Made by a program: the position numbers and the translations under genes
Assembly (NCBI RefSeq): GCF_900106035.1
Contig: NZ_FNUC01000004.1
Span: 3,135,722-3,199,721, forward strand
DNA length: 64,000 nt
Direction of reading: 5' to 3'
Source: Jiangella alba
GTDB lineage: Bacteria > Actinomycetota > Actinomycetes > Jiangellales > Jiangellaceae
The notes under the pieces: model-generated
Seen by the model: the letters and a program-made list of their open reading frames with translations, nothing else
Databases searched by the model: none
What the model was told of the DNA's origin: nothing
Shown here: positions 41,284-57,404 of the stretch, piece by piece
Numbering within the stretch: the stretch's first letter is position 1
Layout of the letters: every line of letters starts with the position of its first letter

Positions 41284-42344
41284 CGACGCAACGACGAGAG
41301 CGGGCGCCGCGCCAGGCCGATGTCGCGCGGCTGGCGGGGGTGTCGCAGTCCGCGGTGTCGCGGGTCATCGGCGGCGACCCGGAGGCGGCCGCGCGCATCC
41401 CGGAGGACACCCGCCGGCGCATCCTGGACGCGGTCAAGGAGCTCGGCTACGTGCCGAACCTGTCCGCCCGCAAGCTGCGCAACAAGACCAACCGGCTGCT
41501 CGGCGTGCACACCTTCGAGCCGGTGTTCCCGCACGCGCGCGAGAACTTCTACTTCGAGTTCCTGCTCGGCATCGAGGAGCGCGCCGAGGAGATCGGCTAC
41601 GACCTCGTGCTGTTCACGTCGACGGGGGCCAGCGACGGCCGCCGCCGGGTGTACCGCGACGGGACCAACCGGCTCAACGTCGCCGACGGCACCGTCCTGC
41701 TCGGCGTCGCGACGGACAAGGCCGACCTCGCCCGGCTGTGGCAGGAGGGCTACCCGTTCATCCACATCGGCCGCCGCGACGTGCCCGGCGCGGACATCCC
41801 GTGCGTCATCCCGGACTACTTCGGCATCACCGGCGACATCGCCGGGCGGCTCGCGGCGCTCGGCCACCGCCACGTTGCCTACCTGCGTGAACACCTGGAG
41901 ATGGAGCCGTACGAGGACCGCCGCCGCGGCTACGCCGACGCCGTCGAGCGACTCGGCCTGATCGACCGGTCGCCGGGCTTCCGTGGCGAGATCGGGCTGG
42001 ACGACGCCTGGCTCGACGAGCTGGCCCGCGGCCCCGAGACCGCCGTCGTGGCCGAGAGCGAGCGGCTGGCCGAGGCGCTGCGGCACGGGCTGCGCGAGCG
42101 CGGCCGCGAGGTACCGGCCGACCTGTCGGTGGTGGTCCTCGAGGGCATCGGGCCGGACGCGTCGCTGCGCTGGGAACACCTGGACATCCCCCGCAAGGAG
42201 ATCGGCCGCACCGCCATCGACGCCCTGGTCGCCATCGTCGACGACCCGGCCGCGCGCAGCGAGAGCGTCGTCGTCCCCTGCTCGATCGTCGACGGCGACT
42301 CGACCGCGCCCCCCGCCCCGAAGGAGCCCGCACCGCATGCGTGA
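41280..42344 (+). CDS. LacI-family transcriptional regulator
   Basis: N-terminal HTH …QADVARLAGVSQSAVSRVIGG… and a periplasmic-binding-fold effector domain. The GTG start overlaps the preceding stop (GTGA). Confidence 0.85.
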   Translation: MTTQRRERAPRQADVARLAGVSQSAVSRVIGGDPEAAARIPEDTRRRILDAVKELGYVPNLSARKLRNKTNRLLGVHTFEPVFPHARENFYFEFLLGIEERAEEIGYDLVLFTSTGASDGRRRVYRDGTNRLNVADGTVLLGVATDKADLARLWQEGYPFIHIGRRDVPGADIPCVIPDYFGITGDIAGRLAALGHRHVAYLREHLEMEPYEDRRRGYADAVERLGLIDRSPGFRGEIGLDDAWLDELARGPETAVVAESERLAEALRHGLRERGREVPADLSVVVLEGIGPDASLRWEHLDIPRKEIGRTAIDALVAIVDDPAARSESVVVPCSIVDGDSTAPPAPKEPAPHA

Positions 42345-43926
42345 ACTGCAGACCGACGTCCTCGTGGTCGGGGGCGGGCTGGGCGGCGTCGCCGCCGCGC
42401 TCGCCGCCGCCCGGCTGGGTCACCGGGTGGTGCTGACGGAGGTGACCGACTGGCTCGGCGGCCAGCTCACCGCGCAGGCCGTGCCGCCGGACGAGCACCC
42501 GTGGATCGAGACCGCGAACACCGCCGCCGGCTACGCCGACCTGCGCCGCCGGGTCCGCGACTACTACCGGCGCAACTACCCGCTGACGGCGGCGGCCGCG
42601 GCCGACCCGCTGCTCGACCCCGGGCTGGGCATCGTGAGCCGGTTCTGCCACGAGCCGCGGGTCGCGGTCGCCGTGCTGGACGAGCTGCTGGCGCCGCTGC
42701 GGGCGGCCGGCCGGCTCACCGTCCTGCTGGAGCACGAGCCCGTCGCGGCGCACACCAGCGGCGACGAGGTCGATGCCGTGACGCTGCGCGACGGGCGCAC
42801 CGGCGGCGAGGTCACCGTCGCCGCGAGCTACGTCCTCGACGCCACCGAGCTGGGCGACCTGCTGGAGCTGGCCGGCGTCGAGCACGTCATCGGCGCCGAG
42901 GGCCGCGACGAGACCGGCGAGCCGCACGCTCCCGCCGTCGCCGACCCGCTGGACCAGCAGGCGGTCTCGTGGTGTTTCGCGCTGGACCACCGCCCGGGCG
43001 AGGACCACACCGTCGACCGGCCGGCCGGCTACGACCACTGGCGCGACACGGCCGCTCCGTTCTGGCCCGGCCCGCAGCTGTCCTGGCACGACGTCGTCCC
43101 GATCACGCTGCGGCACCGGGAGTGGCGGCTGTTCGAGGCCAACCCGGGCGCGGCGGCCCCGTTCTCGCTGTGGCGGTTCCGCCGGGTGCTGGCCCGCGAG
43201 CAGCTGGACGGCGTCGACTCCGACGTCACGGTCGTGAACTGGCCGCAGATCGACTACTGGGAGCGCCCGCTGCTGGGCGTCGGCGCGGACGAGCGGGACG
43301 CCGCGCTGGCCGCCAGCCGGGAGCTGTCGCTGTCGTTCCTGCACTGGATGCAGACCGAGGCGCCGCGCCCGGACGGCGGCGCCGGCTACCCGGGGCTGCG
43401 GCCGCGGCCGGACGTCACGGGCACGGCGGACGGCCTGGCGAAGTCGGCGTACATCCGCGAGTCGCGGCGCATCCGGGCCGAGTTCACCGTCCTCGAGCAG
43501 CACGTCGGCGTCGACGCCCGGCCGGACGGCGCCGGCAGCGAGGTGTTCGCCGACAGCGTCGGGCTCGGCCGCTACCGCATCGACCTGCACCCGAGCACCG
43601 CCGGGCGGACCTACGTCGACATCGAGGCGTACCCGTTCCAGATCCCGCTCGGCGCGCTGATCCCGCAGCGGGTCGACAACCTGCTGCCGGCGAACAAGAA
43701 CATCGGCACCACCCACATCACCAACGGCTGCTACCGGCTGCACCCGGTCGAGTGGAGCATCGGCGAGGCGGCCGGCGCGCTGGCCGCGTTCTGCCTCAGT
43801 CACGGCCTGCCGCCGCGCAAGGTGCGCTCCGACCAGACCCACCTGGCGGACTTCCAGCGGCTGCTGACCGGCACGCTCGGCGTGACCCTGGCCTGGCCGG
43901 ACGAGATCCGCACCCACCGCGACTGA
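42337..43926 (+). CDS. FAD-dependent oxidoreductase (PF12831-like), paralogue A
   Basis: Rossmann GxGxxG block DVLVVGGGLGGVAAALAAARLGHRVVLTEVTDWLGGQ. The ATG overlaps the LacI stop. Confidence 0.65.
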   Translation: MRELQTDVLVVGGGLGGVAAALAAARLGHRVVLTEVTDWLGGQLTAQAVPPDEHPWIETANTAAGYADLRRRVRDYYRRNYPLTAAAAADPLLDPGLGIVSRFCHEPRVAVAVLDELLAPLRAAGRLTVLLEHEPVAAHTSGDEVDAVTLRDGRTGGEVTVAASYVLDATELGDLLELAGVEHVIGAEGRDETGEPHAPAVADPLDQQAVSWCFALDHRPGEDHTVDRPAGYDHWRDTAAPFWPGPQLSWHDVVPITLRHREWRLFEANPGAAAPFSLWRFRRVLAREQLDGVDSDVTVVNWPQIDYWERPLLGVGADERDAALAASRELSLSFLHWMQTEAPRPDGGAGYPGLRPRPDVTGTADGLAKSAYIRESRRIRAEFTVLEQHVGVDARPDGAGSEVFADSVGLGRYRIDLHPSTAGRTYVDIEAYPFQIPLGALIPQRVDNLLPANKNIGTTHITNGCYRLHPVEWSIGEAAGALAAFCLSHGLPPRKVRSDQTHLADFQRLLTGTLGVTLAWPDEIRTHRD

Positions 43927-43937
43927 AGGGCTCGACC

Positions 43938-46322
43938 GTGATCGAGAAACTGACGCTGGAGCAGAAGGTCCGGCTGCTGACCGGCGCCGACACCTGGGGC
44001 CTGTACGACGAGCCGGCCGTCGGCCTGCGCCGCATGGTGCTGTCCGACGGGCCGTCCGGTATCCGCGGCGAGAGCTGGGACGACCGCGAGCGCGCGCTGA
44101 ACCTGCCGTCGGCGACGGCCCTCGGCGCCACCTGGGACGTCGCGCTGGCCGAGCGGTACGGCGCCGTCCTCGCGGCCGAGGCACGCCGCCGCGGCGTCGA
44201 CGTGGTGCTCGGGCCGACCATCAACCTGCATCGCAGCCCGCTCGGCGGCCGGCACTTCGAGGCGTACTCGGAGGATCCGCTGCTGACGTCGCGGCTGGCC
44301 GCGGCGTATGTGCGTGGTGTGCAGGACGGCGGGGTGGGCGCGTGCCCGAAGCACTACGTGGCCAACGACTTCGAGACCGAGCGGTTCACCGCCGACGTGG
44401 TCGTGTCCGAGCGGGCGCTGCGCGAGCTGTACCTGGCGGCGTTCGAGGACACCGTTGTCGAGGAACGGCCGTGGATGGTGATGGCCGCGTACAACTCGGT
44501 GAACGGGACGACGATGACGGAGAACGCCCTGCTGGCGTCGCCGCTGTGCGACGAATGGGGCTTCGACGGCGTCGTCGTGTCCGACTGGTGGGCGGCGCGG
44601 ACGACGGCCGAGGCGGGACACGCGCGGCTGGACCTCGTCATGCCCGGCCCGGACGGCCCTTGGGGCGACGCGCTGGTCAAGGCGGTGCGGGCCGGTGAGG
44701 TGCCGGAGGCGGCGGTCGACGAGAAGGTGCGGCGGCTGCTCCGGCTCGCGGAGCGGGTCGGAGCACTCGACGGGTCCGAGGCGGCCGCCCCGCCGGTGGT
44801 CGCCGACGGCCCGGCGTTCGCCCGCGAGGTCGCCGCGGCCGGGACCGTGCTCGTCCGCAACGAGGGCGAGCTGCCGTGGGACGCGTCGGCGCTGCGCTCC
44901 GTCGCCGTCATCGGGCACAACGCGCTGGCCGCCCGCACGCAGGGCGGCGGCAGCGCGCACGTCGAGCCGGAGCGGGTGGTGTCGCCGCTGGACGGGCTGC
45001 GCGCGGCGCTCCCGGACGCGGACGTGCGCTGGATGCTGGGCGCCGTCGTCCAGCCGGGCATCGAGCCGCTGCCGCTGGGCGCCCTGACCGACCCGGTCAC
45101 CGGCGAGCCCGGGATCCGGCTGGTCTGCCGCGACGCCGCCGGCGCCGTCGTGCTGGACGAGAACCGGCGCACCGCGAACCTGTCCCGGCTCGGGTCGGCC
45201 CGGCTGGGCGCGACGACGACGCTGGAGGTCACCGCCCGGTACGTGCCCGCGAGCGGCGGGACGACGCGGCTGGGCGTCGCCGGGGCGGGAACGGCCGAGC
45301 TGAGCGTCGACGGCGCCGTCGTGCTGGCGACCACGCTGGTGCACGACGGCGAGGAGTTCGGCGGCGGGCTGGTCGCGCCGCCGTCGGCGACCGTCCCGGT
45401 CGAGCTGGCCGCGGGCACGCCGGTGGACCTGCGGGTCACCGTCGAGCTGCCGCCGCGCGAGAACGCCGACAGCGGCGTCACGCTGGTCGTCGGCGCCGAC
45501 CTCGCGACAGCGGACGCGGACACCGAGATCGAGCGGGCCGCCGCGGCCGCGCGGGCGGCCGACGTCGCCGTCGTCGTGGTCGGCACCAGCGCCGAGGTCG
45601 AGCGCGAGGGCGCCGACCGCGCGTCGCTGGCGCTGCCCGGACGGCAGGACGACCTCGTCCGGGCCGTCGCGGCCGCGAACCCGCGCACCGTCGTGGTGGT
45701 GAACGCGGGGGCGCCGGTGCTGCTGCCGTGGCGCTCCGAGGTGGCCGCGGTGCTGCTCACCTGGTTCGGCGGGCAGGAGTACGGCCACGCGCTGGCCGAC
45801 GTGCTGCTCGGCCTGGTCGAGCCGGGCGGGCGGCTGCCGACGACCTGGCCGGCCACCGAGGCCGACGTGCCGGTGCTGGCCACCGCGCCCGTCGAGGGCC
45901 GGGTCGCGTACGACGAGGGCGTGCACGTCGGCTATCGGGCCTGGCTGCGGACCGGCGCCGAGCCGGCGTACCCGTTCGGGCACGGCCTCGGCTACACGAC
46001 CTGGTCGTTCGACCACCTCGCCGTCGACGGCCACGACGTCACCGTCAGCGTCGCCAACACCGGGACGCGGCCCGGCAAGCACGTGGTCCAGGTGTACCTC
46101 TCGCGACCCGGCAGCGCCGTCGACCGGCCGGCCCGCTGGCTGGCCGGCTTCGCCGTCGCCGAGGCCGGGCCGGGAGAGAAGGCGACCGTGACCGTGCCGC
46201 TCCGGCGGCGCGCCTTCGAGCACTGGGACGGCGGCTGGCGCACCGAGCCGGGCACGTTCACCGTCCACGCCGGTACGAGCGTCGCGGACCTGCCGCTGCG
46301 CGCCGACGTGGCCAGCCCCTAG
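43938..46322 (+). CDS. Glycoside hydrolase family 3 (beta-glucosidase-like), cytoplasmic
   Basis: GH3 N-terminal domain blocks (…LSDGPSGIRG…, …KHYVANDFETERF…, …GFDGVVVSDWWA…). No signal peptide. Confidence 0.85.
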   Translation: MIEKLTLEQKVRLLTGADTWGLYDEPAVGLRRMVLSDGPSGIRGESWDDRERALNLPSATALGATWDVALAERYGAVLAAEARRRGVDVVLGPTINLHRSPLGGRHFEAYSEDPLLTSRLAAAYVRGVQDGGVGACPKHYVANDFETERFTADVVVSERALRELYLAAFEDTVVEERPWMVMAAYNSVNGTTMTENALLASPLCDEWGFDGVVVSDWWAARTTAEAGHARLDLVMPGPDGPWGDALVKAVRAGEVPEAAVDEKVRRLLRLAERVGALDGSEAAAPPVVADGPAFAREVAAAGTVLVRNEGELPWDASALRSVAVIGHNALAARTQGGGSAHVEPERVVSPLDGLRAALPDADVRWMLGAVVQPGIEPLPLGALTDPVTGEPGIRLVCRDAAGAVVLDENRRTANLSRLGSARLGATTTLEVTARYVPASGGTTRLGVAGAGTAELSVDGAVVLATTLVHDGEEFGGGLVAPPSATVPVELAAGTPVDLRVTVELPPRENADSGVTLVVGADLATADADTEIERAAAAARAADVAVVVVGTSAEVEREGADRASLALPGRQDDLVRAVAAANPRTVVVVNAGAPVLLPWRSEVAAVLLTWFGGQEYGHALADVLLGLVEPGGRLPTTWPATEADVPVLATAPVEGRVAYDEGVHVGYRAWLRTGAEPAYPFGHGLGYTTWSFDHLAVDGHDVTVSVANTGTRPGKHVVQVYLSRPGSAVDRPARWLAGFAVAEAGPGEKATVTVPLRRRAFEHWDGGWRTEPGTFTVHAGTSVADLPLRADVASP

Positions 46323-46387
46323 GGAAGGAGGACGAGGAGCAGTCAGACGGGGGTTCGTGGGGCCGAACGAGTTCCGAAGGAGCAACC

Positions 46388-47854
46388 ATGTTCGGGAGAT
46401 CACCGAGAACCGTCCTGCTCGCCACGGCGTCCGCGCTCGCGCTGGCGGCCGGGCTGCTCAGCGGCGCCGCCGCGGCGCCCGCACCGCAACCGGACGACGC
46501 GGCGCCCGCCGCGCTGCCCGCCCTGCGGACCCAGGGCAACAAGATCGTCGACGCCACCGGTGCGCCGGTGACGCTGCGCGGCCTGTCGATCCTCGCGCCG
46601 GAGCAGAACGACGTCTGCACCGACTGCAACTCCAAGCCGATCAACGAGCTGATCGACATGACGATCACCGGCGGCTGGGAGTCGAAGGTGCTGCGGCTGC
46701 TGGTCACCGAGGTCCTGGGCAAGGACCTCGCCGCGTACGACGCCCAGTACATCCGTCCGTACGTCGACTACGCGGTGTCGAAGGGCCTCTACGTCATCAT
46801 CGACCTGCACCTGGTGCGCAACTACGGCGACGCCGCCGGCGCGGTGCCGCAGGCGCAGGTCAAGCAGTTCTGGGATTACATCGCCCCGCGTTACGGGAAC
46901 AACCCCAACGTGCTGTTCGAGGTGTTCAACGAGCCGATCAACCCGGACAGCTGGGCCACCTGGAAGAGCTACATCCAGCCCGTCGTCGACTCCATCCGCA
47001 CCGTCTCCGACAACGTCATCCTCATGGGCAGCCCGGCGTGGAGCACCCGGGTCAACGGCGCGCTGACCAACCCGATCACCGGCGGGAACATCGCCTACGT
47101 CTACCACCTCTACCCGAACCAGGGACCGGCCACCGCGGCCAACCTGGACCCGAAGTTCGGCAACGCCTCGGCCACGATCCCGGTGGTGCTGACGGAGTTC
47201 GGCTGGGACCCGGTGCAGCCGCCGCACCCGGTCACCGGCGGGACGACGTCGGGCTGGGGGCTGCCGCTGCGGCAGTACCTCGACGCCCGTCCGCAGATCG
47301 GCTGGACCGCGTGGATCTTCGACAACTTCTGGGCGCCGGTCATGTTCGACAAGAACTGGAACCTGCTCGGCGGCGAGCACCAGGGCGCGTTCGTCCGCGA
47401 CTGGCTGGCCGGCAAGCCGGCGACGTCGCCGTGCAACACGCACCTCGCCCGCGGCGCGACCGTCACCGCGTCGTCCACCTACGCGGCGAGCTCACCGGCG
47501 AGCAAGGCCGTCGACGGGTCGTGCGCCGACGACGGCCGCTGGATGTCCGCCGAGGGTGACACGACGCCCACGCTGACCATCAACCTCGGCAGCTACAAGA
47601 GCGTCGACCAGATCGACGTCTACAGCGGCTACCGCTGGCCGGCCACGGTGGCCGACACGATCCTCGTCGCGTTCCGGGTCGAGGCGCACACGGCGTCGGG
47701 CTGGGTGACCGCGGCCACCGTCACGGGCAACACCAAGGCGGTCGTGACGGTGACCGCGCCGACGGCCCCGATCGACCAGGTCCGGCTCGTCATCACCGAC
47801 CCGTCGAACAACGCGGTCGACATCGCCCGGGTCTACGAGGTGGCCCTGCACTAG
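46388..47854 (+). CDS. Secreted glycoside hydrolase family 5 with a C-terminal F5/8-type-C (discoidin/CBM32) domain
   Basis: Signal peptide. GH5 catalytic blocks (…LFEVFNEP… as the acid/base NEP, …LTEFGW… as the nucleophile E). The C-terminal discoidin-like beta-sandwich (…ASSPASKAVDGS…RWMSAEGD…) was assigned from the translated sequence alone. AAGGAG Shine-Dalgarno site. Confidence 0.7.
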   Translation: MFGRSPRTVLLATASALALAAGLLSGAAAAPAPQPDDAAPAALPALRTQGNKIVDATGAPVTLRGLSILAPEQNDVCTDCNSKPINELIDMTITGGWESKVLRLLVTEVLGKDLAAYDAQYIRPYVDYAVSKGLYVIIDLHLVRNYGDAAGAVPQAQVKQFWDYIAPRYGNNPNVLFEVFNEPINPDSWATWKSYIQPVVDSIRTVSDNVILMGSPAWSTRVNGALTNPITGGNIAYVYHLYPNQGPATAANLDPKFGNASATIPVVLTEFGWDPVQPPHPVTGGTTSGWGLPLRQYLDARPQIGWTAWIFDNFWAPVMFDKNWNLLGGEHQGAFVRDWLAGKPATSPCNTHLARGATVTASSTYAASSPASKAVDGSCADDGRWMSAEGDTTPTLTINLGSYKSVDQIDVYSGYRWPATVADTILVAFRVEAHTASGWVTAATVTGNTKAVVTVTAPTAPIDQVRLVITDPSNNAVDIARVYEVALH

Positions 47855-47864
47855 ACCGTCCGAC

Positions 47865-47895
47865 GGCGCGGGGCGGCGGGCACCCGCCCCGCGCC
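47865..47895 (+). terminator. Perfect 12-bp GC hairpin (ggcgcggggcgg / ccgccccgcgcc, 7-nt loop) between the GH5 gene and the hydrolase gene
   Basis: Read directly in the sequence. No U-tract. Confidence 0.35.
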
Positions 47896-47922
47896 GGCAC
47901 ACCGCCGTCGAGAGGACTACCG

Positions 47923-50064
47923 ATGCCTCGCTTCAGTGTCGCCGCGATCGCCGCCTCGGTGCTCGCCCTGGCGCTCGTCCCCGCCGCACCGGCAGCCCCG
48001 CCGGGCGGCCTGGAGATCACCACGCTGTCGGGGCGGGCCGACACCGTCACCGGCGGCGACAGCCTCGTCCGGGTCGACGTGCCCCGCGCCGTTCCGCTGC
48101 ACCGCGTGACGGTCCGCCTGAACGGCGACGACGTGACCGGCGCGTTCGTCGCCGACCCGGCCGCGCGGACCCTCACCGGGCTGGTCGACGGGCTGCGGCT
48201 CGGCCCGAACACGCTGGTCGCCGGCGCCCCCGGCCGCCAGGCCCGGCTCGACGTCGTCAACCACCCGCAGGAGGGTCCGGTGTTCTCCGGGCCGCACCAG
48301 CAGCCGTTCCTCTGCGAGACCGCGCAGTTCACCGTGCCGGTGATCGGCGGGACGCTCGGCCCGCCGCTGGACGAGCACTGCACCGTCGCGCCGCGGGTCG
48401 ACTACTTCTACCGCACGACGGCGGGCGCGTACGCGCCGTGGCCGGCCGGCGCGACGACCTACCCGGCCGACCTGGCGCACACGACCACGTCGGCGGGCGC
48501 GACCGTTCCGTTCATCGTCCGGATGGAGACGGACAGCGCGAACCGGGCCGTCGTCCAGACCAGCATGCTGCACGACCCGCTCGGCGAGGCGGAGCCGACG
48601 CCTGTACGCCGGGCCGAGGGCTGGAACGGCCGGGCCGTCTTCACCCTCGGCGGCGGCTGTTCCGGCGGGTGGTACCGCTCCGGCGCCGGCACCGGCGGCG
48701 TCACCGACGCGTTCCTGCTCGGCCAGGGCTACGCGCTGCTGTCGTCGTCGCTCAACGTGTTCGGCAACAACTGCAACGACCTCACCGCGGCCGAGTCGGC
48801 GATGATGACGAAGGAGCTGTTCGTCGAGCGCTACGGCCCGCCCGAGCACACCATCGGGTTCGGCTGCTCCGGCGGCTCGTACCAGGCGCACCAGATCACC
48901 GACAACTACCCCGGCATCTTCGACGGCATCGTCGTGGGCTGCTCGTTCCCCGAGGTGGGGTTCGGGACGGTCGACTTCATCAGCGACGCGTGGCTGCTGC
49001 ACGACTACTTCAGCACCGACGCCACCGTGGCGTGGACGCAGGAGCAGCAACGGCTGGTCGCGGGGTTCGCCACCTACGCCACACTGCCGGCGATGGCCGT
49101 GAGCGCCGGGCGCATCGACCCGCGCCGGTTCTGCGGCATCCTGCCGGCCGAGCAGCGCTACGACCCTGCCGGCAACCCCGGCGGCGCCCGCTGCGACGTC
49201 TACGACCACGCGATCAACGCCTACGGCGCCGACCCCGTCACCGGGTTCGCGCGGCGGCCGCTGGACAACGTCGGCATCCAGTACGGGCTGGCGACGCTGA
49301 ACGACGGCACCATCACGCCGGAGCAGTTCCTGGAGCTGAACGAGCGGGTCGGCGGCTTCGACGCCGACGCGAACATCGTCGCGTCGCGCACGGAGGCGGA
49401 TCTCGACGCCACCCGCATCGCATACCGGACCGGCCGCCTCACCAGCGGCGGCGGTGGCCTGGCGGACGTGCCGATCATCGACTACCGGGCCTACATGGAC
49501 GACCAGTCGTACGGCGACATCCACGTCCGGTACCACACGTCGTCGATGCGGCAGCGGCTCGAGAACGCCAACGGCACGTCCGCCAACCACGTCAGCCTGC
49601 TGGAGGACGCCCGCTACGGCCTGTTCAGCACCGAGAGCCCCCTGCTGCGGCACGCGATCACGCAACTGGACCGGTGGCTGACGACGCTGGCGGCCGACGA
49701 CTCCGACGCGGCCCGCATCGACAAGATCGTCGCGGCCCGTCCGGACGCGCTGGTGGAGGGGTGCATGACCCGCTCGGCCGAGGCCGAGGCCGAGTTCGTC
49801 GCGGAGACGCTGGACCGCGACCCGGCGAGCGAGTGCGAGCAGCTGTACCCGTCGGCGTCGTTCCCGCGCGAGGTGGCCGGCGAGAGCGTCGCCGCCGACG
49901 TCGTCAAGTGCCGGCTGAAGGAGCCCGAGCGCGACGACTACGCCGTCGAGTGGACCGACGACCAGTGGGAGCGGCTGACGACGATCTTCGCCGGCGGCGT
50001 CTGCGACTACTCGGTGCCCGGCGTCGAGCAGCAGGGCCTCGCCGGCACCTGGCTGAGGTTCTGA
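47923..50064 (+). CDS. Secreted alpha/beta-hydrolase-like protein, tentatively tannase/feruloyl-esterase family
   Basis: Signal peptide. A G-C-S-G-G nucleophile-elbow-like motif (GFGCSGGSYQAH) resembles the tannase GCSTGG motif. Otherwise unrecognised. 713 aa. Confidence 0.4.
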   Translation: MPRFSVAAIAASVLALALVPAAPAAPPGGLEITTLSGRADTVTGGDSLVRVDVPRAVPLHRVTVRLNGDDVTGAFVADPAARTLTGLVDGLRLGPNTLVAGAPGRQARLDVVNHPQEGPVFSGPHQQPFLCETAQFTVPVIGGTLGPPLDEHCTVAPRVDYFYRTTAGAYAPWPAGATTYPADLAHTTTSAGATVPFIVRMETDSANRAVVQTSMLHDPLGEAEPTPVRRAEGWNGRAVFTLGGGCSGGWYRSGAGTGGVTDAFLLGQGYALLSSSLNVFGNNCNDLTAAESAMMTKELFVERYGPPEHTIGFGCSGGSYQAHQITDNYPGIFDGIVVGCSFPEVGFGTVDFISDAWLLHDYFSTDATVAWTQEQQRLVAGFATYATLPAMAVSAGRIDPRRFCGILPAEQRYDPAGNPGGARCDVYDHAINAYGADPVTGFARRPLDNVGIQYGLATLNDGTITPEQFLELNERVGGFDADANIVASRTEADLDATRIAYRTGRLTSGGGGLADVPIIDYRAYMDDQSYGDIHVRYHTSSMRQRLENANGTSANHVSLLEDARYGLFSTESPLLRHAITQLDRWLTTLAADDSDAARIDKIVAARPDALVEGCMTRSAEAEAEFVAETLDRDPASECEQLYPSASFPREVAGESVAADVVKCRLKEPERDDYAVEWTDDQWERLTTIFAGGVCDYSVPGVEQQGLAGTWLRF

Positions 50065-50065
50065 C

Positions 50066-51439
50066 ATGCACGTCTCCGGAGTGGCGCCCGACCTCGCGCA
50101 GATCGCCGACCTCGGCCCGCCGCGCAGCGAGATCGGCATCGGCGCGCTGATGCCGTGGGCCGGGAAGCTGTACGTCCAGAACTACCTCTCGCACAAGCGC
50201 ACCAGCGGCAGCGGGACCAGCCTGCGCCGCGTCGACGCCGACTTCTCCATGGAGGTGGTCCCCGAGACCCTCGGCGTCGACGGCACGTACACCAACCGGT
50301 TCGTGCACTTCCCGTCGAACCAGCTGGTCATCGGCCCGCACGTGATCGACGCCGAGCACCGCATCAGGACCGTGCCGGAACTGGAGCCGCTGCGGGTGTG
50401 CGGCACGTCGCGGCACCTTCGCGATCCCGAGAACCTCGTCTACGTGCTGTGCATGGAGGGCGAGCTGTTCGAGCTGGACGTGCGGACGCTGGCCTGCCGG
50501 CAGGTGGCCGACCTCAACACCGAGCTCGGCTCGGCCGGCGAGTTCCGCGTGCACTACAAGGACTGCTACACCGCGTTCGGCCGGCTCGTGGTCTGCTCGA
50601 ACGAGTACCACGAGCCGGACTGGCGGGGTGAGCAGGCCGAGGGCCGGCTGGCCGAGTTCGACGGGCAGCGCTGGACCATCCTGGAGCGCAGTCCGTACAC
50701 CGCGATCGGCGGGCGGCACGAGTTCGGCGGGACGATCTTCGCGTCCGGCTGGGACCGCGCGTCGGCGCTGCTGTCCGTCTACACCGACGCCGACGGCCGG
50801 TGGACCCGCTACCGGCTGCCGAAGGCGTCGCACACGTTCGACCACAAGTGGCAGACCGAGTGGCCGCGCATCCGCGAGGTCGAGCACGAGCGGTTCCTGC
50901 TCGACCACCACGGCATGTTCTACGAGCTGTCGCCGTGGGCGTACGGCGGGCGGATCTGGGGCGTGCGGCCGGTGTCGACGCACCTGTGGGTGCTCGGCGA
51001 CTTCTGCTCGTGGCGCGGCCTGCTGGTCGCCGGGATGGACAACGCGTCGCCCAGCCGCGGCCTGAGCCCGACGACGGCCGAGCCGCAGTCGGGGCTGTGG
51101 TTCGGCAAGACCGACGACCTGTGGTCGTTCGGGAAGCCGGCCGGGTGGGGCGGCCCGTGGTGGCTGGACGAGGTGCGCGCGGGGGTGCCGTCGGACCCGT
51201 ATCTGATGACCGGATTCGAGCACAAGTGCGTGCACGTCGAGAACGCCGGCGACGCCACCGCCCGGTTCTCCGTCGAGATCGACGTCCACGGGCACGGCCG
51301 GTTCGCCGCCTCCCAGACGCTGACCGTCGAGCCCGGCCAGACCGTCACGCACGTCTTCCCGGCCGGGTTCAGTGCCCACTGGGTGCGCCTGGTCAGCGAC
51401 ACCGACACCGTCGCGTCGGCACAGTTCTTCTACACGTGA
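50066..51439 (+). CDS. Hypothetical cytoplasmic protein, 457 aa, no recognisable family
   Basis: Coding-like GC3. The ATG lies 1 nt after the preceding stop, so it is translationally coupled within the glycoside-hydrolase operon. Confidence 0.5.
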   Translation: MHVSGVAPDLAQIADLGPPRSEIGIGALMPWAGKLYVQNYLSHKRTSGSGTSLRRVDADFSMEVVPETLGVDGTYTNRFVHFPSNQLVIGPHVIDAEHRIRTVPELEPLRVCGTSRHLRDPENLVYVLCMEGELFELDVRTLACRQVADLNTELGSAGEFRVHYKDCYTAFGRLVVCSNEYHEPDWRGEQAEGRLAEFDGQRWTILERSPYTAIGGRHEFGGTIFASGWDRASALLSVYTDADGRWTRYRLPKASHTFDHKWQTEWPRIREVEHERFLLDHHGMFYELSPWAYGGRIWGVRPVSTHLWVLGDFCSWRGLLVAGMDNASPSRGLSPTTAEPQSGLWFGKTDDLWSFGKPAGWGGPWWLDEVRAGVPSDPYLMTGFEHKCVHVENAGDATARFSVEIDVHGHGRFAASQTLTVEPGQTVTHVFPAGFSAHWVRLVSDTDTVASAQFFYT

Positions 51440-51452
51440 GGATCTTCTCCAG

Positions 51453-57404
<5,952 letters not shown>

